Virus record (IMG/VR): IMGVR_UViG_3300017991_000058
DNA from: an uncultured virus (IMG/VR IMGVR_UViG_3300017991_000058)
Lineage: Duplodnaviria; Heunggongvirae; Uroviricota; Caudoviricetes
DNA length: 64,000 bases
Reading direction: 5' to 3' (one strand)
Below are positions 8,067-16,376 of the stretch, one piece after another. A program made the translations under genes and the position numbers. The first letter of the stretch is position 1; the number at the start of each line of letters is the position of its first letter. The notes beneath the pieces were generated by a model. That model worked only from the letters and a program-made list of their open reading frames with translations. It searched no databases and was not told the DNA's origin.

Positions 8067-9481
8067 GGCCTCGGGCTCCCGGCGAGAACGCCGGCCAGCG
8101 CCCTGGCGACGGCCATCATCATCGGCGGCGGGACGGCGCGGCCGAGGCGCTCCCACTGCTGGGAGTACGAACCGACCAGCCGGAAGTCGTCGGGGAACCC
8201 GCAGATCCGCCGCAGCTCGGCGATGGAGAACTTCCTCCGCTCCGTCGGATGGATGACCCCGGCCGCTCCCGGATTCCCGGCCGTCTGGGTCACCGTCGGG
8301 CACGGGCGGTCCGGATGGGCCCGCACGAGGTTGAAGTACTTGTCCGACTGCTCGCCCGGCTTCAGCTTCCGGCTCGCCTTGTCGATGGCGTAGCCGTCCA
8401 GAGGGGCTCCGGTCTCGACCCTGGGGTCGTCGCTCTCGACGAAGAACCTCGGGTCCTGAGCGCAGACGGCCGGGAACGGCGACTCTGGGTCCAGCCGCTG
8501 CCCCTTCGACTTGAACGGCGCCCCCATGCCGCGGACGACCGTGAGCTCGGACTGGGTCTTCGGGCGGTTGTGCGTCATCACCGTCGGGACCGGGAGGTCT
8601 ATGGACCGCTCCCCCTTTGAAGTTCCGACGGACGTCTCGATCTCGTGGCGATGGTAGCCCGCACCGCGAGCCGTTGTGACGGTCGGCGCGGGGCGGTCCG
8701 CAGCGTCGAAGTCGTAGCCCTCGAAGTACCCGTGGCCCTCCGACCTGAACCTCCCGATCCACGGGCACGCGTCTCTCAGCGAGTAGCGATATCCGAGCGG
8801 GCGGGGGAACGGAATGTCTACGTCCGGCGCGACGTCGTCTCGCAGCCCGACGAAGATCAGCCGCTTCCGGACCTGGGGGACGCCGAGCCACTGAGCGTCG
8901 AGCTCTCGAATCGCCACGCGATACCCGCACTCGACGAGGCGGCCGTAGATCTCTTTCAAATAGCCCTTCGCCTTGCCGGCCCGGAGCCCCGGGACGTTCT
9001 CCGCGACGAACGCGCGCGGTCTTATCCCGTCGACGATCCGCGCGAACTCCCAGAACAGGTCGTCGGTCCTCTGGACGGTCGAGCTGTACTTCTTCTCCTC
9101 ACCCCAGTGCTTGTCTCGCTTGCCGGCCAGAGAGAACGACGCGCACGGAGGGCTCCCCTGGACGACGTCGATCTCCCCGACGCCCATCCCGACGGCGGCG
9201 AGGATGTCGGACGGGTCGACGGAGCGGATGTCGCTCGAGTCGACGGGGCAGTCCGGGAAGTTCATCTCGTGGACGGCGCGCGCCTCGGCGACGAACTCGC
9301 TGGCCCACAGCACGCGATACCCTGCCCACTCGAACCCAAGACAGCTCCCCCCGGCCCCGGTGAACGTAGAGACGACGGTGAGTCCGTTGGTCCCGGCCGC
9401 GGCCCGGATCTCGCCCATGGACGGGATCGCGTAGGGCGGGCGCTCGTCGGAAGCGGCGGGGGCTGATTCGTCCGGCATCAC
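8063..9481 (-). CDS. C5-cytosine DNA methyltransferase fold enzyme, probable carboxymethyltransferase
   Basis: motif I FTGAGG, IV GSPPCASFS, VI ENV, VIII QVRKR, IX ELRRICGFPD; motif X is GRAV instead of GNAV. Confidence 0.9.
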   Translation of the reverse strand: MMPDESAPAASDERPPYAIPSMGEIRAAAGTNGLTVVSTFTGAGGSCLGFEWAGYRVLWASEFVAEARAVHEMNFPDCPVDSSDIRSVDPSDILAAVGMGVGEIDVVQGSPPCASFSLAGKRDKHWGEEKKYSSTVQRTDDLFWEFARIVDGIRPRAFVAENVPGLRAGKAKGYLKEIYGRLVECGYRVAIRELDAQWLGVPQVRKRLIFVGLRDDVAPDVDIPFPRPLGYRYSLRDACPWIGRFRSEGHGYFEGYDFDAADRPAPTVTTARGAGYHRHEIETSVGTSKGERSIDLPVPTVMTHNRPKTQSELTVVRGMGAPFKSKGQRLDPESPFPAVCAQDPRFFVESDDPRVETGAPLDGYAIDKASRKLKPGEQSDKYFNLVRAHPDRPCPTVTQTAGNPGAAGVIHPTERRKFSIAELRRICGFPDDFRLVGSYSQQWERLGRAVPPPMMMAVARALAGVLAGSPRP

Positions 9482-9518
9482 GGTCTCCTATGCAGACACA
9501 GTACGACAAGGGCCCCGG

Positions 9519-10700
9519 TCATCGAAAGGTCTCCAGCATGCGCCAGAAGTCCGGGTAGGACTTGGACACGCACCCGGCGTCGCGTACCGTCACGCCGGGA
9601 ACGCGGAGGCCGACGAGCCCGAAGGCCATGGCCATCCTATGGTCCCTCTCCGGGTCCAGCTCGACGCCGCCCCTGAGCGGGCCGGGCCGGATCGTCAGGC
9701 CGTCTACCCGCTCCTCGGCCCGGGCGCCCAGCTTGACGAGCTCGCGGCACAGCACGGCGATTCGGTCGCTCTCCTTGACCCGCAGGTGCTCCGCTCCGAC
9801 GATCGTCGTCTCGCCGTCGGCGAATAGAGCACAGGCGGCGACCGTCGGGGCGAGGTCCGGTGCGTCGCGAAGGTCGATCCGCCGCCCGACGCCACTGACA
9901 ATCGACTCGAGGAGCTCCGGGAAGGCGCGGTCGCCCTGCGCGGAGTCTGGGGCGACGTTCGACACCTCGACCCGCCGCCCCGTCAGGAATCCGGCCGCCA
10001 GCGGATAGCTGGCGCTCGACCAGTCCCCCTCGACTCGAAAGCGCGTCGCTCTCGGCCCGCCGGGCCAGACGCGGAATGCCCCGCCCCGCCTCTCGACGCG
10101 GACGCCGAATCTCTCCATGACGCCCAACGTCAGGTCCACATAGGGACGCGACGGAACGGAGCCGACCACCTCGATGTCGATCCCGCCGGGCAGCCCGGCA
10201 CCCATCAAGAGCAGCGCCGACAGCTCCTGGCTCGACAGCCCGGCGACGATCCTGGCGCGGACGCGTCCCCGCGAGTCGACCGCGCGGCCGTCTAGCGCCA
10301 CGGGGGGGCAGCCCGGCCCGCCCCGCTCCTCGACGTACACGCCGAGCCCGCGGAGAGCCGACAGGAGGGCGGGCATCGGACGACGACGCATGGCGAGATG
10401 CCCGTCGACAACGTAGGACCCTGTCACCACGGGTGCCAGCCCGGTGATGAACCGCACCGCCGTCCCGGCGTTCCCAAGAAGGAGCGTAATCGACGGCGCC
10501 CGGAGCCGCGCAGGCGGCCTGACGGTCCAGGTCTCCGCCTCGTCGTCGACGGAGACTCCGAGAGCGCGCAACCCCGCGACCATGGCCCGGCTGTCGTCGC
10601 AGTCCAGAGGACACTCGACGACGCACGGAGACTCGCCAAGCGCGGCCAGCACGATGGCGCGCTGCGTCACGCTCTTCGACGGCGGGACGCTGACGATCAC
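9519..10700 (-). CDS. aroA: 3-phosphoshikimate 1-carboxyvinyltransferase (EPSP synthase)
   Basis: PPSKSVTQRA, LGNAGTAVRF, RRPM, SSQ, PSRPY, EGDWSSASY, HLRVKESDRI, DHRMAM, KSYPDFW; GTG at 10700 overlaps upstream TGA. Confidence 0.93.
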   Translation of the reverse strand: MIVSVPPSKSVTQRAIVLAALGESPCVVECPLDCDDSRAMVAGLRALGVSVDDEAETWTVRPPARLRAPSITLLLGNAGTAVRFITGLAPVVTGSYVVDGHLAMRRRPMPALLSALRGLGVYVEERGGPGCPPVALDGRAVDSRGRVRARIVAGLSSQELSALLLMGAGLPGGIDIEVVGSVPSRPYVDLTLGVMERFGVRVERRGGAFRVWPGGPRATRFRVEGDWSSASYPLAAGFLTGRRVEVSNVAPDSAQGDRAFPELLESIVSGVGRRIDLRDAPDLAPTVAACALFADGETTIVGAEHLRVKESDRIAVLCRELVKLGARAEERVDGLTIRPGPLRGGVELDPERDHRMAMAFGLVGLRVPGVTVRDAGCVSKSYPDFWRMLETFR

Positions 10701-11296
10701 CTGGGCTGGCCGTCCCACTCGTAGCCGCACTTCGGGCACTGGTACTGGCACTCGGCGGTCGGGTCTATCGGGGTGAAGTCGCCCGGAGGTTCGACGGTGT
10801 TGGCCCCCGCCGAGGCAATCAGGGTCTCGGCGAGCCTATCGATGTCGTCCGCGTTGAATCCGACGCCCCTGAGCGCGGCGTCGCTCTGCTCGTTCAGGTC
10901 CGAGAGGATCGCGTGCAGCTTCTCGTCGTCCCAGCCGCCGACCTCGCCGAGCCTGTTGTGGGCGAGGATGTACGCCTCCGCCTCGAGCTCCGACTCGAAC
11001 GCGATCCCCCGCAGGACGGGAACGAGCCACTCCCCGTCCTCGTCGACGCGGATGCGCTCCGGAGGGTCCACCCCGTCGTCGCGCATCGAGATCAGCGCGT
11101 CGACCCGGCCGTGGCCCTCGACGAGCCGTCCGGTGTTCTCGTCGACGGCCACGGGGTCGTTGAACCCGAACCTGTCTGCCGAGTCGGCGATCCCGTCCTC
11201 GTCGTGGGTCTTCGGGTTGCGCGGCCACTGCACCACATCCGACAGAGGACAGTAGTCGATCCAGAGCTCACCGCTCTTCCGTGCGTCGTCAGCCAT
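10697..11296 (-). CDS. ParB/Srx-like N-terminal domain protein with C-terminal Zn ribbon
   Basis: WPRNPKTH, FGFNDPVAVD, LVEGHGRV, ILAHNRL; ends CPKCGYEW. Confidence 0.8.
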   Translation of the reverse strand: MADDARKSGELWIDYCPLSDVVQWPRNPKTHDEDGIADSADRFGFNDPVAVDENTGRLVEGHGRVDALISMRDDGVDPPERIRVDEDGEWLVPVLRGIAFESELEAEAYILAHNRLGEVGGWDDEKLHAILSDLNEQSDAALRGVGFNADDIDRLAETLIASAGANTVEPPGDFTPIDPTAECQYQCPKCGYEWDGQPR

Positions 11297-11308
11297 CTGC
11301 TCCTCCCG

Positions 11309-12952
11309 TCACGATTCGATCACGCCGTCCCGTATCGTGATCCTGGCCGCGGCGTCCAGCTCCGCGGCGAGGTCGTCCGAGTGCGTGACGACGACGACGC
11401 AGCGGTCGCTAGATACGTCCCGCAGGGCCTCGCCGACGGCGGCGATCCCGTCGTCGTCCAGCGTGTCGAACACCTCGTCGAACCACATCGTTCCAGCCAC
11501 AGTCCCGGCGCTGGCGGCCCTGACCTCGGCCAGCGCGAGGAGCATGGCCACGTCGACGCGGCGGCGCTCCCCGCCGCTCCCCGCCTTGTACGCCCGCTCT
11601 CGCGCGTCGTGGCCTATCCCCCTGACCATGAACTGGATCGTCTCGTGCGGGTTGGTCTGGTTACCGCCGCGTGCGTCCTTCCCGGGACGGAGTCGGACCC
11701 TCGCCCCGGGACACAGCCGGTCCAGCCACGCGTTCGCGACCGTCTCGAGTCCGCGGACTGCGCGGGCCACGACGTGGGTCCTGACGCCCCGCAGGCCGAG
11801 CACCTTCTCGACGACCTTCAGCTCGTCCAGCTCGGCGCCGGCGACGCGGACGTCGTGCTGCGCCGTCGCCACGTCCGCCTCGAGCGCGTCGACGACGGCC
11901 TGGACCTCGTCGGTCTTCTCCGTCCGCGCTCCGGCCCTGCGGCGCCACTCGCGGTGGACGGCGGCTCGGTCGCGCAGCTCGGTGAGCCGCTCGGTCAGGA
12001 CGTCGAGCTCGACGTCCAGCTCCTCGAGATCGGCGCTCGACGCCTCGAGCGTCTCCCGCGTCGCCGGCAGCCGCGTGGCGGCCCACTCGACCTTGTCCCT
12101 GGCGGACTGGCCCAGCCTGGACCTGGCATCGTCCGTGAGCGGCTGGCCGCAGGACGGGCAGCTGTCGAGCTCTGCGACGGACGCCAGCGATGACTCTGCC
12201 GCGGCGCGCTCCCGCTCCAGCGTGGCGATGAAGTGGGTCGCCGAGTTGATCGAGTCGCGGGCGTGCCGCCGCTCCCCCCTGGCGTCCTTCTCGTGGCGGG
12301 CGGCCTCGTCGAGCTCCCGCTGGTCGACGCCGGGAGGCTCCGGACCGACGGCCTCCCCGGCGTCGGAGAGCCGCTTCCGCTCCACTTCCAGACGGGCCTC
12401 GATCTTCCCGAGACGTCGGTCGAGGGAGCCGACCCGCTCCTTGACGGAGTGGATGTCGGCGCGGCAGGCGGTGAGTCCGCGGTCGAACACGTCCAGCCCG
12501 AGCATCCCCTCCAGCAGGCGCTTCCTCTCCCCGTCCGTGGCGACGGAGAACGTCAGCAGGTCCTGACTGGAGAACACCGACGCCCGCCGCCAGGCGTCCA
12601 TGTCTCCGACGATGGGGTCGAGCTCCTCCTGGCCCCTCGTCGCCGTCTCGAACTCCTTCAGCGCCGACGCGGACGTCCCCCACCTGACCATGTTCAGCTT
12701 CTGGCCGTCGCGGTCCCTGACGACGTTCACGCGGTCCGTCTCGACGTTGACCATGGCGACGATCCCGTCGGTCCACCACGGAGTGCCGCGGATCGTCTTG
12801 CCCCACAGCGCGGAGGCAACGGCCTCGATGATGGACGACTTCCCGGCGCCGTTCGGGCCCGTGACGACGACCACTCCGTGGTCGGGCAGGACGATGTCCG
12901 TCTCCCGATGACCGAGGAACCCGCGGGTCCTGATTCTCCGGATGTGGATCAC
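11309..12952 (-). CDS. sbcC: SbcC/Rad50 (gp46-like) ATPase
   Basis: Walker A GPNGAGKS, coiled coil with CPSC Zn hook, SGGE signature, WFDEVFDTLD Walker B/D-loop, VVTH. Confidence 0.88.
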   Translation of the reverse strand: MIHIRRIRTRGFLGHRETDIVLPDHGVVVVTGPNGAGKSSIIEAVASALWGKTIRGTPWWTDGIVAMVNVETDRVNVVRDRDGQKLNMVRWGTSASALKEFETATRGQEELDPIVGDMDAWRRASVFSSQDLLTFSVATDGERKRLLEGMLGLDVFDRGLTACRADIHSVKERVGSLDRRLGKIEARLEVERKRLSDAGEAVGPEPPGVDQRELDEAARHEKDARGERRHARDSINSATHFIATLERERAAAESSLASVAELDSCPSCGQPLTDDARSRLGQSARDKVEWAATRLPATRETLEASSADLEELDVELDVLTERLTELRDRAAVHREWRRRAGARTEKTDEVQAVVDALEADVATAQHDVRVAGAELDELKVVEKVLGLRGVRTHVVARAVRGLETVANAWLDRLCPGARVRLRPGKDARGGNQTNPHETIQFMVRGIGHDARERAYKAGSGGERRRVDVAMLLALAEVRAASAGTVAGTMWFDEVFDTLDDDGIAAVGEALRDVSSDRCVVVVTHSDDLAAELDAAARITIRDGVIES

Positions 12953-14094
12953 TACCCTATCCCCGTGAACCGCCGGGCCAGCTCTAGGACCCTGCCCCGG
13001 TCGACGCCCTTCGGCAGCTTCATCTTGCCGACGTACGCCGCCAGAGCGGCGGCGAGCGAGTCGGACGACCGCGCCGCGGCGGCGGCCTCTCGAGCGGCCT
13101 CGCTGGCGTCCTCGACGTCTATCGTCACCGCCCCTCGATGGACGACCCCCCTGTCGATGAGGATCTTCAGGTCGTCCCTTGCGTCGGCCATCTCGTCGGC
13201 CGCGGCCAGCCACTCAACGAATAGCTTCGATCCCTGAGCGCGCTCGGCGAACGCCTCCACGTCGTCGGCAGAGCGAACCTTGACGAACCTCGGTCCCGGG
13301 ATCTCCACGGACTCGACGCGCCCCCCGGAGTCGACGACGAGCATCCGCCCGCGGTCGGCGACGCCGAGGTCCCCCCACCCGGCCGGAGCCAACGCGCCGA
13401 TCTGGATCGCGCGAGCGTCTCCCAGAGAGAACGTCGCCATGTCGTGCCAGTGGCCGGCGACGACGATGTCTACGTCGCTCTCGTCGGCGATCGCCCCGAG
13501 CCCGGACGCGTCGATGGAGCTCGGGTCGTCCCGCAGGTACGACGGGCTGGAGCTGGTCGATATTCCGAGGTGGAGGACGAGGACCCGAAGGCTCCTCAGG
13601 GAGGCTTGTGACGGGTCCGCCCGATCGCCCTCCGAGTCCTCGTCCTCCGCCTCGGCGATCGCAGACCGCAGCCACGTGGCCGCCCGGCCGGACCGGTGAG
13701 GGATCAGAATGACGTCCATGTCGCCGAGCCGGTCGACGGACGGCCTGTCGACGACGGTGGACACGTATCGCAGCGGACCGAGAGCGTGGTCGCCGGGCTC
13801 GGCCGAGATCGCGTCGTGGTTGCCCGGCATCACGGTCACTGGACACCCCCTGTGGGAGGACTCCGCCAGGACGTCCTGGACGGCCGCCAGGACGCGCGGA
13901 CTCGGCGCGACGGTGTCGAACAGGTCCCCGGCAACGTAGAGACGAGCGCAGCCCCGCTCTCTCGCCTCCCAGCACGCCAGGCGGAGAGAGTCGATGGCCA
14001 GACGGCACCGCTCGTTCAGTCCGATCTCGGCCGGGCCCCCGAGCCGCTTGTGGTTCGCGACGTGGACGTCGGCGACGACGGCTACGGTCGTCAT
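12952..14094 (-). CDS. sbcD: SbcD/Mre11 (gp47-like) metallophosphoesterase nuclease
   Basis: ADVH, AGDLFD, PGNHD, GHWH motifs; GGAGG RBS before ATG 14094. Confidence 0.87.
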   Translation of the reverse strand: MTTVAVVADVHVANHKRLGGPAEIGLNERCRLAIDSLRLACWEARERGCARLYVAGDLFDTVAPSPRVLAAVQDVLAESSHRGCPVTVMPGNHDAISAEPGDHALGPLRYVSTVVDRPSVDRLGDMDVILIPHRSGRAATWLRSAIAEAEDEDSEGDRADPSQASLRSLRVLVLHLGISTSSSPSYLRDDPSSIDASGLGAIADESDVDIVVAGHWHDMATFSLGDARAIQIGALAPAGWGDLGVADRGRMLVVDSGGRVESVEIPGPRFVKVRSADDVEAFAERAQGSKLFVEWLAAADEMADARDDLKILIDRGVVHRGAVTIDVEDASEAAREAAAAARSSDSLAAALAAYVGKMKLPKGVDRGRVLELARRFTGIG

Positions 14095-14111
14095 CTCTAC
14101 CTCCAAGCTAG

Positions 14112-15038
14112 TTACTGCTCGTCCGGAGTCGCGGGGTTCGGCGACCCGCAGAGCCACGACCGGACGACCGCGACGTTGGCGGCGGACTTCCTGGCGTTTT
14201 CCTTCAGTATCTTCAGGTCCTTGCCTAGGTTCATCATGGCCCAGTCGTTGTCCCACCCGCTCTCGAAGTCGAGGAGCAGCTTCGCTTTCCGGAACGGTGC
14301 GGCCACCTTGCTCTTGGCGCACTTCACCGTCGTGTAGATCCCGGACGGGGCACCCCCGGTCTTGATCTCCGCCCCCCGCCACGCCTGCAGCCGCCACGTT
14401 GCCTGGTGCTTCAGCGAGTGGCCGCCCGGCGTCGTCTCCTTGGGACCGAACATAACGCCTATCTTCTCGCGGATCTGGTTGATGATGACGACCGCCACGC
14501 GGCGGTCCCTGGCCAGCCTGCCGAGGATCGGCAGGGACTCCGACATGAGCCGCGCCCTGACCCCGGGAGTGGACTGCGACAGCTCGGTCCCTGCGAGCGA
14601 GTCCCATACGACGACGTTCGGTCCGACCCCCTTCGGGATCGCCTCGAACAGCGTCTTCATCTCGGCAATGACCTCCTCGACGGTGGACGGCTCCCCGAGG
14701 AGGAGCTCAGACAGGTCGACCCCGAAGACGGACGCCCTGTCCAGCTCGAGCGTCTTCTCCGTCTCGATGAGCGCCGCGACCCCTCCCGCCCGCTGGGCGG
14801 CGGCGAGGAAGGCGAACCCGAGGCTCGTCTTCCCCGCCCCCTCGTCAGCGAACACCTCGCCGATCCGCCCGACTGGCAGCCCGCCGCAGGCCAGGACGTG
14901 ATAGTCGATCGGCTCGATCCCGGTCGGTACGACCTCCGTCACGGCCGACAGAGACCCGTTCGACGCGAGCCCGACGAGGCTGCCCTTCAGCTTGGCCCGG
15001 ACGCGGTCGACCGGGCGTTTCTTCGACGACTTCGACAC
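14112..15038 (-). CDS. recA: RecA/UvsX-like recombinase
   Basis: PTG..PID..L..GGLPVGRIGEV, EGAGKT, IETE, VVWDSLA, INQIREKIGVMFGPKETTPGG, KSKVAAPF. Confidence 0.88.
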   Translation of the reverse strand: MSKSSKKRPVDRVRAKLKGSLVGLASNGSLSAVTEVVPTGIEPIDYHVLACGGLPVGRIGEVFADEGAGKTSLGFAFLAAAQRAGGVAALIETEKTLELDRASVFGVDLSELLLGEPSTVEEVIAEMKTLFEAIPKGVGPNVVVWDSLAGTELSQSTPGVRARLMSESLPILGRLARDRRVAVVIINQIREKIGVMFGPKETTPGGHSLKHQATWRLQAWRGAEIKTGGAPSGIYTTVKCAKSKVAAPFRKAKLLLDFESGWDNDWAMMNLGKDLKILKENARKSAANVAVVRSWLCGSPNPATPDEQ

Positions 15039-15046
15039 GCCGCGCC

Positions 15047-15793
15047 TCAGAACGGGATGTCGTCGTCGTCGTCGAACGACCCGACGTCGTGGACGGACTC
15101 GACGTCGTCCTGAGCGGTCGCCCCGCCGCCGGCGCCGTCGTCTCCGCCCTGGACCATCGCCCGGATCTCGTCGAGCGTCGGGACCTTCGCGAGGTGGCGA
15201 AGGTTCGGCTGCTGGTCGATCCACTCGTCGTTCCCGAGAGGACTAGAGCTCCGCGCGGCTCTCACGGTGTAGCGCGTGTCGTTCTTTCCGCTCCCGGTCC
15301 GCTCGATCACGATGTCGAACCCGTCGACGGGGTGGGTGAAGTCTCCGCCGGCGTCCTCGTCGCGCCTGATGGCGACGAGCGCCTCGTGGATCATCTTCCC
15401 GAACCCGAGGATCTTGACTCCGGCGTCCTCGTCCTGCCTGTCGATGACGCAGGCGAAAACGCGCCTGCTGGCCCAGAAGTCTCGCGCCGCCTCCTGGTCC
15501 CGCGGGTTCCCGCTCGCCTTGAGCTTGTCGCCCTTCGCGCACGCCGGGCACGGGCGGCGAATCATCAGCCGCGGGCAGTTGAACACGATCGCGTCCGGGA
15601 CCCCCGGCAGGTTCAGGAAGTGCTGGAACGTGGTGACGAACGGGGTGCTCCGCCCCGCGGGCGGGGGCAGGAATCGGACGACGTTGCGCCCCACCTCCAG
15701 CCGCATGAACTGGCCGCCGGAGCGCGACAGGTCCTCGTGCTCCTGGTCGGCGGCGTCTATCTCGTAGGTGCCGTAATTCACGATGTTCGACAT
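15047..15793 (-). CDS. T4 gp32-like single-stranded DNA-binding protein
   Basis: VRFLPP, CP..CPAC Zn site, DFTHPVDGFDI...TRY, acidic tail DDDDDIPF. Confidence 0.8.
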   Translation of the reverse strand: MSNIVNYGTYEIDAADQEHEDLSRSGGQFMRLEVGRNVVRFLPPPAGRSTPFVTTFQHFLNLPGVPDAIVFNCPRLMIRRPCPACAKGDKLKASGNPRDQEAARDFWASRRVFACVIDRQDEDAGVKILGFGKMIHEALVAIRRDEDAGGDFTHPVDGFDIVIERTGSGKNDTRYTVRAARSSSPLGNDEWIDQQPNLRHLAKVPTLDEIRAMVQGGDDGAGGGATAQDDVESVHDVGSFDDDDDIPF

Positions 15794-15806
15794 GTTCTCT
15801 CTCCTT

Positions 15807-15848
15807 GCTCGTCCGGCTCGTCCGGCTTGTCCGCTTGTCCGCTTGTCC
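15807..15848 (-). repeat. five tandem GGAC(A/G)AGC octamers in the SSB gene leader
   Basis: copies at 15807, 15816, 15825, 15833, 15841 run directly into the AAGGAG RBS. Confidence 0.85.
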
Positions 15849-15885
15849 GGCCCGGAGCCGCGGCCCGGGCCCGTTCATGGTCGCC

Positions 15886-16356
15886 CTAGTCCCCTCCGAA
15901 GTCCAGGGCGGACCTCCCGGCCATCTGCTCCCGCAGGACCGGGTCGGCCGCCATCTCGATCCGGAGCTTCGCCCCGAGCGACTGGAGCATGTCCCGCTTG
16001 CAGATGATCGCGTCGACGATGCCCTTGACTCTCAGCCTGTCCGCCTCCTTCTCGATGTACACGGCGTGGGCGTCCGACACATCCTCGTCGAGCATGACGG
16101 CGGCGTTGATCTCGTCGACGGTCGGCTTCGACTTCTCGGATCTGGCGTCCTCGCGGGCCTCCAATAGCCGCCTGGCGCGCTCCGCCTCCCACTCGGCCTT
16201 CGCCACCATCGACACTCGGGTGGCATCGGCCAGCTGGGCGTTCCAGTAGGCAAGCCGCGGCGGAAGCTCGCAGTACTCCCTGTTCAGGTCCAGCGCGTCG
16301 ATGTCGACGGACTCCGCTGCGAAGTCCTCCAGATCCAGTCGCCCCTGGTTCTCCAC
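15886..16356 (-). CDS. helical protein, possible UvsY-like recombination mediator
   Basis: 156 aa all-helical, CKRDMLQSLG near C-terminus, between polymerase and SSB/RecA. Confidence 0.5.
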   Translation of the reverse strand: MENQGRLDLEDFAAESVDIDALDLNREYCELPPRLAYWNAQLADATRVSMVAKAEWEAERARRLLEAREDARSEKSKPTVDEINAAVMLDEDVSDAHAVYIEKEADRLRVKGIVDAIICKRDMLQSLGAKLRIEMAADPVLREQMAGRSALDFGGD

Positions 16357-16376
16357 AGGTCACCTCCGGTCGCCGC

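Noticed and set aside
6349..8256. Long plus-strand ORFs (also 36787-38523, 38786-40882, 49771-51636, 54447-56987 and many Arg/Pro-rich frames)
   Set aside because: Antisense or shadow frames of well-supported minus-strand genes; stop-codon scarcity at high GC explains their length and they carry no motifs.
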